Shown: in pieces, positions 47,001-54,772 of the stretch
Numbering within the stretch: position 1 is the first letter of the stretch
Layout: every line of letters begins with the position of its first letter
Assembly: GCA_039798445.1 (NCBI GenBank)
Contig: JBDKFZ010000017.1
Coordinates: 4,195-68,194 of the forward strand
Length of the DNA stretch: 64,000 bases
DNA from: Candidatus Parcubacteria bacterium
GTDB lineage: Bacteria > Patescibacteriota > Minisyncoccia > Phycocordibacterales > EsbW-18
Direction of reading: 5' to 3'
Position numbers and translations under genes: made by a program
The notes under the pieces: model-generated
What the model saw: only the letters and a program-made list of their open reading frames with translations
What the model was told of the DNA's origin: nothing
Databases searched by the model: none

Positions 47001-49472
47001 AGCATGGGTGGCGGTACAACAGCGAGTGGTGTGACACAGGCAGGAGCGGCATCACTTTTCCTTGATGGTAGAGCACACCTTCTTCAAAAACGTATTGCTG
47101 TGACGAATGCAACTGCCTTTTCAGCAACAACAATCGGAGATTCTGGAGAGACATGGATTCCTAATGAATTTGTTGGAAGAATTGTTGAAATAACGGGTGA
47201 TTTGGGTGCGGGTCAGACACGTCGAGTTGTTTCAAACACAGCAACTGTGCTTACGGTGGATACTGCCTGGGGCACAACACCAGATGCAACATCTGACTTT
47301 AGTATTGATTCAGAACGACTTTTTGGAACAAGCAATAACGTTACATCTGTTGCTGTTGATGCCACAACATACGTACTCGGTCAGGCACGAAGGATGTACG
47401 TTGGTACGAGTGATGGGTCTGATGGTGGTGGTGTAAACGTCTTCTCGAACATAGGTTCTGGTTCTATACTCACCGATGTTATTCACACACAAGGAACTGT
47501 TCCAAATGACGACTTTGGTACAGCGTGGTCAGGAAGTGATGCTGATGATATACAAGCATTGGCCATGACATCAGGTACGCTCGTTTTTGGAACACAGGCA
47601 TTTATACGAGCCCAGGAAAATGATGTAAGTCTTGAACAACAGCAGCAGACTGTTCTTGGTGCATTGAACGGTATCCAGCAAGAACTTGTTGCACACTACT
47701 TGTTTGGATCAACAAACAATTTGCTTGGTGTGGGGAATGGTGCTGACCTTGCTGAACTTTATGTTTCAGCAGAGCCGCTCCTTGCGGGGGATATTGTTGC
47801 GGTTGATCAGAACGTTACGAGTGGCGTTCTTCGCTCAACGAAGGCATATCAAAAGAATGTCATTGGTATTGTTGCAACGCGCCCAGGGCTCGTTCTTGGT
47901 CCTGCAGAAGCATCATCATACCCAATTGCACTCGTTGGACGAGTGCCGGTGAATGTAACAACAGACAATGGCGTTATTAGAATGGGGGACAGAATTACGA
48001 CGTCCTCGCTTAGTGGGTATGGTATGCGCGCTACCCAGGCGGGTCGCGTGCTTGGTACTGCACTCGAAAGCATGAAGGTAGAAAATCTCGATGCGTGTCC
48101 TGGCGATGACGAATCATCACCGCGACGTTGCGGACAGGTAATGGTGTTTGTGAATCTTGTTGATTACTCGGGTATGTCGGTATCTCTTCTTGCTCAAGAG
48201 GCGGGGGATATCACGACAGCCGAGATTATTCCCGCCGCTTGTATCGACGCCGATGGTGCGACAACGACTCCAAGCTCGGGAGGTGTCTGTGGGGAAGACG
48301 AGACACTTGTTCCTTCGTATGAACTCTCTGTGGTGTCCGAGACAGGGTCTTATGAACTGTTGGATGGTCTCGAAGTTCTCTCATTCCTCAAAGAGAATGG
48401 AGATACTGTCCTTGATTCTGAGATGTTCACCGGACGGCTCTCAGCAGGTCTCGATATCATCACGCCGCACATATTTACCGACACTCTTTCGGTCAGTGCA
48501 ATCGAATCATCTTCGGATGATGGGGGGATAGCCCTTATGCTCGGAGACAATGGTCGTTTTGAGATACGAAGAAAGGGTGACCCAGAAGATCCTTCCGCAA
48601 CATCGTCCGTCTTGGTGACGTTTGATGCGGAAGGAAATGCTGTCTTCTCAGGAACAATCAGCGCTCAAGGATTGACGTTCGGTAGTGACGTCGCGACACA
48701 CACCGCTACAACCAGCTCTCCAGCATTGTTCATCGCATCAATCGAAGAAGGTGTCGCCGATGCTCTTGTGGTAATCCGATCCGCGTTGGTGCGCTCATTT
48801 GCGGCAGTGACGCTCTATGCAGAGAACATGTTCGCTTCGACCATCACGATTATTCCTGAAGGACGTATTGCAGTACCATCGGGAAGGGATCAAATCTCAG
48901 GTACTGCACGCATCCCGTCAGGATCTTCAAGTGTTGATGTTGAGAATGCGTCTGTCCTTGCAACAAGCAAGATCTTCATTACACCGCTTTCTGTCAGTGA
49001 ACACCCACTGGTCGTCACATTGAAGCGCCCCGGTATCGGATTCACGATTTCGCTCTTCGCTCCGGCCGCTCTCGACATCTACTTCGATTGGCTCCTTGTC
49101 GATTCGTATCCGACAGACGATACTACAACGTCGGTTCCAGGTGAGACGGTGGTTGAAGACATCCCAATAGAGGAGACCCCTCTCGAAGAGGCCCCGCCAG
49201 ACACGTCTGACGAGCCTGAAGTCGAACCCTCATCTGAAGAACTCGAGGTAGAGACCGCACCGGAGCCTGTAGTTGAAGAGGGAACAGAACCCGAAGTTGA
49301 GGAGCTTCCACAAGAGCCAGAGGCGGCGGTTGAACCTCCAGCTGACCTGCCTGCGCAGATGGGAGAGTCCGAACCCAAGATCGAGGCCGAACCGACACCT
49401 GAACCTGAGCCAGAAGAAGAGCCAGAACAAGAAAACGTAGAACCTGAGCCTACGGAGGAACCCACCACATAG
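44046..49472 (+). CDS. giant secreted surface protein (1808 aa) with tail-fibre-like Gly/Thr/Ser repeats, LamG/concanavalin-A-like domain and acidic Pro/Glu-rich C-terminal tail
   Basis: Signal peptide MIRTCAAWFLVGVALIAAQSFVPPAQA; repeated ..VGIGTS.P..L.V.G.. segments; LamG-like block around DLNGTSQFFCTDG...WTVSAWLKHD...GLWHHVVFTN...ICVYVDGKQV; C-terminus EPEVEPSSEELEVETAPEPVVEEGTEPEVEELPQEPE... Confidence 0.8.
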   Translation: MIRTCAAWFLVGVALIAAQSFVPPAQAAFSPYINYQGKLADDTGTPVADDLYNMEFKLYDDPVAGSVVWTETRTGADKVQVTDGLFSILLGEVAAIDGVNFNQPLYLSVQIGGVGTPSWDGEMTPRRDISSVPTAFLAGTALALDATNATSTNATTTNLYVSGAVGVGTSTPITSMLAIKGSASKANIFEIASSTDANIFMVTGTGRVGIGTSSPYARLSVAGDIALTGGLYDSGASLGSNGMVLLSTGTGVDWVATSTLGITGGSGSLQSAYDGGATIQTAAGSPVVITETAAALSSSHNLLQLTANPGIGGDYSGDALQITLDGVDANSNTGIGLHMVIDQSQATGNPIVIEDDAGFDLLALSQTGGLTVGSATQRLDSTIYGDLVTKGHTIQRSLTGILDIFIYDTTRDSDGGAWRTNGLTSGTSWYTETKDDGPNDACVIGTDDRCGSSVFPRKAILVTTVESLYIFDAKDNSLWMEFTQDGTYALGASTGNPSGVGAVNGTVYVGTNGTGTGLYAFDFISDRMYRYNATNRVQADTKIGTRNTATTYATDAQTSLAILDAVVNDVSAALQYGSSEGTTNVAGAIPLDSGAGPLRGVVLIAAATDTGISVIHPDTQEVINYSDATNDDYNTVHMTTRGRMYAANETRAQLETWRNVDRDVTAETNGTPDRWYDETITAGTITGGQVPAIATSPATIAVAERASLAREATATGNNDSGDVVLFGTSQGFAEIHDSGGNLGAAAWTRFVSTATATPLMVGGVKSLFLFEEAAGATDALSSLGSGANILQSFNTPTFGTSGVRGTAVDLNGTSQFFCTDGTGNDGVCDNDTDYNMAATSWTVSAWLKHDLTPAGIDTVFEKCWVPATPSAGTGCAWGGMNASGQYIMGVDDDATWTVGSSMDDLTTAAGPSYADGLWHHVVFTNTDTDICVYVDGKQVTCDSTLAATATLDTSAVTLTVGASCAGANCVTGANFFAGEMDDLAFSMGGGTTASGVTQAGAASLFLDGRAHLLQKRIAVTNATAFSATTIGDSGETWIPNEFVGRIVEITGDLGAGQTRRVVSNTATVLTVDTAWGTTPDATSDFSIDSERLFGTSNNVTSVAVDATTYVLGQARRMYVGTSDGSDGGGVNVFSNIGSGSILTDVIHTQGTVPNDDFGTAWSGSDADDIQALAMTSGTLVFGTQAFIRAQENDVSLEQQQQTVLGALNGIQQELVAHYLFGSTNNLLGVGNGADLAELYVSAEPLLAGDIVAVDQNVTSGVLRSTKAYQKNVIGIVATRPGLVLGPAEASSYPIALVGRVPVNVTTDNGVIRMGDRITTSSLSGYGMRATQAGRVLGTALESMKVENLDACPGDDESSPRRCGQVMVFVNLVDYSGMSVSLLAQEAGDITTAEIIPAACIDADGATTTPSSGGVCGEDETLVPSYELSVVSETGSYELLDGLEVLSFLKENGDTVLDSEMFTGRLSAGLDIITPHIFTDTLSVSAIESSSDDGGIALMLGDNGRFEIRRKGDPEDPSATSSVLVTFDAEGNAVFSGTISAQGLTFGSDVATHTATTSSPALFIASIEEGVADALVVIRSALVRSFAAVTLYAENMFASTITIIPEGRIAVPSGRDQISGTARIPSGSSSVDVENASVLATSKIFITPLSVSEHPLVVTLKRPGIGFTISLFAPAALDIYFDWLLVDSYPTDDTTTSVPGETVVEDIPIEETPLEEAPPDTSDEPEVEPSSEELEVETAPEPVVEEGTEPEVEELPQEPEAAVEPPADLPAQMGESEPKIEAEPTPEPEPEEEPEQENVEPEPTEEPTT

Positions 49473-49478
49473 AACATC

Positions 49479-50465
49479 ATGATGCTTTCTCGTAACAAAA
49501 TGATTCTCATCGCCGCAGGGACACTCGTACTTGGGTTTTTGTTTGGCTTTTTCTTTCCGCGCAGCAGCGAGGTCAACGAGGCTACGGGCGAATGGCGTCT
49601 TGGCTCCTCATCACTTACAAATCCTTTGCTTGAGTGCGATCTCGGGGAAGAAGCTCTTTCAAGTAAAAAAATTGATTTTACATCGGATCTTAGACATTTT
49701 GTTGATGATCTCAAAGATGAAATGGGCATAGAGGATATTTCTGTGTATTATCGCGATCTCAATAACGGACCAGTGTTCGGTATCAACCAAGAGGAATCAT
49801 TTGCGCCGGCAAGTCTTCTTAAGATTCCGCTTCTGATTTCATATTTGCGATGGGCCGAGGATGACCCAAAGGTATTGGATGAACGGATACTTTTTGAAAA
49901 CTCAGTTGATGTGGGCTATCAGCAGGAGTTTGCGCCGTCAGTTCCTCTTGTGCCAGGAACAACATACACCGCTCGCGAACTGCTTGAACACATGATTAAG
50001 TATTCTGACAATCAGGCGCTTATGTTGTTGTTTAATCGTATTCCTCGACAATATCAAGAAGAACTCTACACATTACTGGGTGTCGACGCATCTCTCATTA
50101 CTGACCCACTCGGTCGTCTTACAGTGAAGCAGTACAGTATCTTCTTTAGAATCCTCTTTAACGCGTCATTTTTGTCGAGAACACACTCCGAATATGCTTT
50201 AAAGCTCTTAACGGAAACCTCTTTCGTTGATGGTCTCCGCGCATCGGTGCCCGAGTCAATTCCTATTGCACATAAGTTTGGAGAACGAAAGACAAGGACG
50301 GACCTTCAGCAGTTCCACGACTGCGGTATTGTTTATTATCCAGGACATCCATATCTAATTTGCATTATGACTCGCGGAAATGATGTGACGTCGCTCATTA
50401 ATGCTATTCGAGAGACCTCGCGCTTTGTGTACGAGGAGATTGATGCGCAATATGCATCTGAATAG
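49479..50465 (+). CDS. class A beta-lactamase-like / penicillin-binding serine hydrolase
   Basis: N-terminal TM; SxxK (ASLLK), SDN (YSDNQ), K[ST]G-like (HKFG) motifs in the right order; 328 aa. Confidence 0.7.
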   Translation: MMLSRNKMILIAAGTLVLGFLFGFFFPRSSEVNEATGEWRLGSSSLTNPLLECDLGEEALSSKKIDFTSDLRHFVDDLKDEMGIEDISVYYRDLNNGPVFGINQEESFAPASLLKIPLLISYLRWAEDDPKVLDERILFENSVDVGYQQEFAPSVPLVPGTTYTARELLEHMIKYSDNQALMLLFNRIPRQYQEELYTLLGVDASLITDPLGRLTVKQYSIFFRILFNASFLSRTHSEYALKLLTETSFVDGLRASVPESIPIAHKFGERKTRTDLQQFHDCGIVYYPGHPYLICIMTRGNDVTSLINAIRETSRFVYEEIDAQYASE

Positions 50466-50519
50466 AAGCTGTTGATATCCCACTTCAAATCGCATCGTTG
50501 AGGACGTATACTCATATCA

Positions 50520-50987
50520 ATGATTACTTCACCACAAAAAATGATGGAAACAAAAATCTCGTCGTCTGCAGGTGTGCTTCATCGTTCACGTTTTAATAAA
50601 AAGGCCATTCTTCTTGTCATTATTTTTGCCATTCTTGCAGGGGCTGCCTTCTATTTCTTTACAAAATACCAAGAGCTAAAAGAAAATCCTGATGTTGTAA
50701 ATCAGGAAGAAGCCATTGACTTGGCAGCCGAAGTGGGAGAGATCATGGTTGTGCCTCAAGGAGAGGTCCCGACGATCGCCACAGTCTCCGACCCGGCACT
50801 CCTCGTCGACCAGCCATTTTTCAAGGATGCGAAAAAGGGCGATAAGGTTCTTATCTATTCTCAGGCAGGCAAAGCCATACTCTATGATCCAGAGGCAAAG
50901 AAGATCATCGAAGTTGCTCCTATCACCAACGGAAAAGCCACGACCCCTGAGCCTGTACCTGCTATAGAAACAACTCCTGAGGAATAA
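50520..50987 (+). CDS. hypothetical membrane-anchored protein (155 aa)
   Basis: One N-terminal TM (ILLVIIFAILAGAAFYFF), Pro/Glu/Thr-rich C-terminus; no family recognised. Confidence 0.5.
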   Translation: MITSPQKMMETKISSSAGVLHRSRFNKKAILLVIIFAILAGAAFYFFTKYQELKENPDVVNQEEAIDLAAEVGEIMVVPQGEVPTIATVSDPALLVDQPFFKDAKKGDKVLIYSQAGKAILYDPEAKKIIEVAPITNGKATTPEPVPAIETTPEE

Positions 50988-50998
50988 GCGTCACACAG

Positions 50999-51394
50999 AT
51001 GCTCAAGATATTTCTCATCGCTCTCATTGTCTTCCTCATCATCGATGCCATCTGGCTTTTGGGCATCTCTCGTGATTTGTATCAGCGTGCGATTGGTTTC
51101 TTGATGCCGGAGAAGGTGAATCTCTTGGCAGCGATGAGGGCGTACCTCCTCCTCGCGCTCGGTTTGACGTTGTTTGTTATTGCGCCGGGTATTCGCGAAG
51201 GCCTTTCAATCGGACATATCACTCTTTTGGGCGCAGCCTTTGGTCTCGTTGCTTACGGCATCTACGACTTCACCAATCTCGCCACCATCAAAGGCTGGCC
51301 GCTCTGGATATCGCTCGTCGATATGGGGTGGGGGACGCTCGTGTCGGGTCTTACGACCGCCGCCACGGTTTACCTTCTCAGATTCTTCTCCTAG
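50999..51394 (+). CDS. DUF2177-family membrane protein
   Basis: MLKIFLIALIVFLIIDAIWLLGI...LLGAAFGLVAYGIYDFTNLATIKGWPLWISLVD; 131 aa. Confidence 0.6.
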   Translation: MLKIFLIALIVFLIIDAIWLLGISRDLYQRAIGFLMPEKVNLLAAMRAYLLLALGLTLFVIAPGIREGLSIGHITLLGAAFGLVAYGIYDFTNLATIKGWPLWISLVDMGWGTLVSGLTTAATVYLLRFFS

Positions 51395-51421
51395 GGCGCT
51401 TGGATGTTAGGATAGGCCCAC

Positions 51422-51493
51422 GCTCTCGTCGTTCAATGGATAGGATGCCTCCCTCCGAAGGAGGCGATGCAGGTTCGATTCCTGCTGAGAGCA
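51422..51493 (+). tRNA. tRNA-Arg (anticodon CCG), candidate with weak D stem
   Basis: GCTCTCG-TC-GTTC-AATGGATA-GGAT-G-CCTCC-CTCCGAA-GGAGG-CGAT-GCAGG-TTCGATT-CCTGC-TGAGAGC-A; good acceptor, anticodon and T arms; D stem relies on G:U pairs. Confidence 0.55.
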
Positions 51494-51494
51494 T
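51476..51494 (+). repeat. direct repeat copy 1 (tRNA-Arg 3' end, CGATTCCTGCTGAGAGCAT)
   Basis: Identical 19-mer repeated at 51612..51630; an inverted partial copy GCAGGAATCGAA lies at 51509..51520. Confidence 0.7.
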
Positions 51495-51611
51495 TGAATT
51501 TGACCAAATGGGTTGGTGCAGGAATCGAAGGCCGGAAGAAAGGCCCTTGGAGGGCCTTTCTGAGGCGGGGTCGAGAGCACTTACGAGCGAAGCGAGTTAG
51601 TGACTCGTGAC

Positions 51612-51630
51612 CGATTCCTGCTGAGAGCAT
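51612..51630 (+). repeat. direct repeat copy 2 of the tRNA-Arg 3' end
   Basis: CGATTCCTGCTGAGAGCAT, 118 nt downstream of copy 1. Confidence 0.7.
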
Positions 51631-51643
51631 CCCAAAAAGGCAC

Positions 51644-51672
51644 TTGATACGTCTTACATTTTAAGCTATAGT
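51644..51672 (+). promoter_or_regulatory. sigma70-type promoter (TTGATA-N17-TATAGT) upstream of rplU
   Basis: Seen directly in sequence. Confidence 0.5.
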
Positions 51673-51699
51673 GGGGGGTCTAAAAACCGATATATTCAT

Positions 51700-51999
51700 A
51701 TGAAAATCGCAGTCATCGAAACAGGCGGAAAGCAGTACCTCGTCAACGAGGGCTCAAAGCTCACAATCGAAAAGATCATTGGTGCAGAAGCCGGCAAGGA
51801 CGTCTCATTCAAGACTCTTCTTACTGACGATGGTGCCCTCACACTTGGCGCACCGTACCTCTCAGAAGCCACAGCTTCATACGACGCAGAAGGTCGCAAC
51901 AAGACAATCAATGTCGTCAAATACAAGGCAAAGAGCCGTTACTACAAGAAGCGCGGACACCGCCAGCCTCACGCAAAGGTGACTCTCAAAAAGATCTAA
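51700..51999 (+). CDS. rplU: 50S ribosomal protein L21
   Basis: MKIAVIETGGKQYLVNEGSKLTIEKI...; 99 aa. Confidence 0.95.
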   Translation: MKIAVIETGGKQYLVNEGSKLTIEKIIGAEAGKDVSFKTLLTDDGALTLGAPYLSEATASYDAEGRNKTINVVKYKAKSRYYKKRGHRQPHAKVTLKKI

Positions 52000-52005
52000 C
52001 AACCA

Positions 52006-52029
52006 AGCCCTCGAAAGAGGGTTTTGTTG
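52006..52029 (+). terminator. rho-independent terminator after rplU
   Basis: CCCTC-gaaa-GAGGG then TTTTGTTG. Confidence 0.6.
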
Positions 52030-52042
52030 AACCTGCTATAGA

Positions 52043-52071
52043 TTGACAAAAGGAGTCTGGCATGCTATGAT
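52043..52071 (+). promoter_or_regulatory. consensus-like sigma70 promoter (TTGACA-N17-TATGAT)
   Basis: Followed by GGAGG Shine-Dalgarno and ATG 52126. Confidence 0.5.
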
Positions 52072-52125
52072 ACTCGCCAGTAATACTAACGAAGTTCTTT
52101 GATGGCCGGGAGGCCGGAGGTTCAA

Positions 52126-52584
52126 ATGCGCAACGCTCATCAGGTGTTGGCACCACTCGACGCCCGCAACAAGAAGAAGATCCTCTACTCGGGGATCAAG
52201 TGGCTCCTCATCGCGGCAATCATGGTGGGGGGAGTCGTCGTGGCAATGATCGTTCGGGAAGGTTTCGCGACGGCTGGGTCTGTCGCAATATCTCGACCCG
52301 AACCTGCTCTGTCGCCGGTCGTCACCGTCCTTTACGAGCACGATCTCTGGACACTCAGGGTCAGCTCGGCCGGTCCGATCGATGCTGAAGTCGTTGGCGA
52401 AGGAACGATCGTCGATGGGGTGCGGTATGTCCCCATCAAGAGAGAGGGATCATCGCTCGTCTGGAATCTGGTCGTTCTGGGGACTAACACGTTCACGGTC
52501 GGTCAGAAGATCCAGGTCCACTCGCATTACCACACTGGTGGTGTTCCGGGCCCTGGTTCTGTCATCTACATCCTCGCTCAGTAG
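52126..52584 (+). CDS. hypothetical membrane-anchored protein (152 aa), higher GC (about 59%)
   Basis: Start at ATG with GGAGG 5 nt upstream; N-terminal basic stretch plus TM (KKKILYSGIKWLLIAAIMVGGVVVAMIV); no family recognised. Confidence 0.5.
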   Translation: MRNAHQVLAPLDARNKKKILYSGIKWLLIAAIMVGGVVVAMIVREGFATAGSVAISRPEPALSPVVTVLYEHDLWTLRVSSAGPIDAEVVGEGTIVDGVRYVPIKREGSSLVWNLVVLGTNTFTVGQKIQVHSHYHTGGVPGPGSVIYILAQ

Positions 52585-52605
52585 TCCTCGGAGCATCCCG
52601 CTCCA

Positions 52606-52640
52606 AAACGCCCCGCGCGCAAGCCGGGGCGTTCTTACGT
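52606..52640. terminator. bidirectional rho-independent terminator between convergent genes
   Basis: AAAACGCCCCG-cgcgcaag-CGGGGCGTT with T/A runs on both sides. Confidence 0.6.
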
Positions 52641-53252
52641 CTATTTTCTATTTTGCAGTGCGTTTCGAATGGTCTCTCTATCTGAATATTCAAGCTCGGA
52701 TCCTGTCGAAAGTCCGCGGCCGAGGAGCGTAATGGGGAATGGATTCTTTTCGGCAATGGGGGAGAGAAGCCCACGCACGTGGTCGGCTGTCGCTTCGCCT
52801 TCGGGATGAGCCCCTGTGGCGATGATAACCTCTTTGAGACTTGGTGCCATTGTCTGAACGCGCTTCACGAGCTCATCGAGTCGTAATGGTGCAGCGTCAG
52901 AGATCTCCATGAGCGGTACGGTACCACCAAGCACAAAGTAGAGGCCATCGTAGGTGCCGCTTCGTTCGATGGCTTCGAGATCGACATCTTTTTCAACAAT
53001 CATCAAAAGCGATGTCTCGCGGTTCGGACTCGTACAAATGTCACACGACGTTCCATAACCATCGGCTTCAAAGAAGCGGTGGCACGTGATGCACTCAGCG
53101 GTTTTATTGCGAAGCGTCTCAATGAGCTTCGCCATATCCTCGAGCGTGCGCGGTTCTTGTCGCAACAAAAAGTACACAAACCGCTTTGCTTGGCGCGGAC
53201 CGATGCCGGGGAACTTTTGGAAATACGCTGCGAGCTTTTCTATGCCGTGCAT
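52641..53252 (-). CDS. recR: recombination protein RecR
   Basis: HhH N-terminus (QKFPGIGPRQAKRFVYFLL), C4 zinc finger (CITCHRF...CDIC), Toprim domain (LLMIVEKDVDL...YFVLGG); 203 aa. Confidence 0.95.
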   Translation of the reverse strand: MHGIEKLAAYFQKFPGIGPRQAKRFVYFLLRQEPRTLEDMAKLIETLRNKTAECITCHRFFEADGYGTSCDICTSPNRETSLLMIVEKDVDLEAIERSGTYDGLYFVLGGTVPLMEISDAAPLRLDELVKRVQTMAPSLKEVIIATGAHPEGEATADHVRGLLSPIAEKNPFPITLLGRGLSTGSELEYSDRETIRNALQNRK

Positions 53253-53264
53253 GGGGTGGAAGAA

Positions 53265-54719
53265 CTAAAACGCCTGTGAGCTTGCTGCTGGAGGAGCCTT
53301 GGCGATTTGGTCGAAGGCATCGCCACCATGACGTTCGAGCGAGCGGAAGGTGGTCTTTTTGGTATCGAAGAAGAGCTCAACAACACCCACGGGTCCGTTA
53401 CGGTGCTTGGCAATGATGAACTCGACAATGTTGGTGCGATCGGCCGCGTCCTTGTAGCGGTCTTCGTTGTGGATGAAAGCAACGACGTCGGCGTCTTGTT
53501 CGATAGAACCTGAGTCACGGAGGTCAGAGAGCTGTGGTCGTCCACGGCGTGTCTCGATTGCACGGTTGAGCTGTGAGAGCGCCAAGACGGGCACATCGAG
53601 CTCACGAGCGAGCTGTTTGAGCGAACGTGAGAGCTCGGTGACCTGCTGAACGGTCGACTCGGACTTGAGACGCGTTGACGGCATCATGAGCTGAAGGTAG
53701 TCGACGATGATCATGTCGAGGCCGTGTTCGCTCTTGAGACGTCGTGCAACCGAACGCATCTTGATGATGCTGTTGGCAGGCTCATCATCGATGAAGATTT
53801 TGGCCTGTGAGAGGCGATTGAGTGCTTCGCTGATGCGGTCGAAATCTTCGTCGCTCTTGAGTTGACCGGTGCGGAGGTGCCACGAGTTGACCTGAGCCTC
53901 GGCTGCGAGCATGCGGTCGACGAGCTGCTGGGCGCTCATTTCGAGTGAGAAGATACCAATCGACATACCGTGTTCGACGGCGGCCTTGCGGGCGATGTCG
54001 AGCGCGAGTGTTGTCTTACCCATCGAAGGACGTGCGGCCAAGATGATGAGGTCAGACTTTTGGAGACCGGAGAGCTCACGGTCGATGTCGACGAATCCAG
54101 TTGGAACACCACGAAGACCACCGCCTGATTTGGAAAGTGTCTCGAGACGCTCAAACGCGTCGGTGAGGACGTGCGACATGGAGACGAACTTGTGGTTCAT
54201 TGGTGCGTTCGTCACTTCGTAGATTTTTTTCTCGGCCTTATCGAGGAGCTCACCAAGATCGGATTCTTCGCTGAAGCCGAGCTCTGCTATGTGATGCGAT
54301 GCTTCGATGAGCTGGCGCATCGTGTGTTTCTTTTGTGTGATCTCGGCATAGTGCTTGGCGTTCATTGATGACGGAACCGTATCGACGAGCGACGCGAGGT
54401 TTGTCATGCCACCGGCATTTTCGAGCTCGCGCATCTCTTTGAGCTTTGATGAAAGCGAGACAAGGTCAATGGGATCGTTCTTGCGGAACAAGTCGAACAT
54501 CGCCGAAAAAATAAGGCGGTGTTTGCGCGCATAAAAAGAATCAGCAGTGATGATGTCCACAACTTCGTGGATCACGTCGGGACGTAGCAGGATAGAACCG
54601 AGAAGCGCGCGCTCGGCCTCAACGTCTTGAGGAGGTGTGCGAAGCTCGCGGTGTTGCTGGTTTGTGGCGGTGGTATCTGCCATATGTCCACCATGATACC
54701 ACCCGCTCTCAGACCCCAT
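53265..54719 (-). CDS. dnaB: replicative DNA helicase DnaB
   Basis: N-terminal domain (PPQDVEAERALLGSILL), Walker A ILAARPSMGKTTLAL, RecA-like core, LSQLNR; 484 aa. Confidence 0.95.
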   Translation of the reverse strand: MGSESGWYHGGHMADTTATNQQHRELRTPPQDVEAERALLGSILLRPDVIHEVVDIITADSFYARKHRLIFSAMFDLFRKNDPIDLVSLSSKLKEMRELENAGGMTNLASLVDTVPSSMNAKHYAEITQKKHTMRQLIEASHHIAELGFSEESDLGELLDKAEKKIYEVTNAPMNHKFVSMSHVLTDAFERLETLSKSGGGLRGVPTGFVDIDRELSGLQKSDLIILAARPSMGKTTLALDIARKAAVEHGMSIGIFSLEMSAQQLVDRMLAAEAQVNSWHLRTGQLKSDEDFDRISEALNRLSQAKIFIDDEPANSIIKMRSVARRLKSEHGLDMIIVDYLQLMMPSTRLKSESTVQQVTELSRSLKQLARELDVPVLALSQLNRAIETRRGRPQLSDLRDSGSIEQDADVVAFIHNEDRYKDAADRTNIVEFIIAKHRNGPVGVVELFFDTKKTTFRSLERHGGDAFDQIAKAPPAASSQAF

Positions 54720-54772
54720 TCATGTACACCATCAATAAAAGTTCAAAAGGCGGGGACGACGTGGGGACAACT

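Noticed and set aside
49079-49729. 216-aa minus-strand ORF antisense to the acidic tail of the giant protein
   Set aside because: Gly/Ser-rich low-complexity shadow of the (PE)n-encoding repeat on the plus strand.
51395-51640. tmRNA (ssrA) with tRNA-like ends
   Set aside because: No tag-peptide reading frame ending in ALAA-type residues, too short (about 250 nt), and the second T-arm-like copy lacks a T stem; better explained as tRNA-Arg plus 3'-end repeats.
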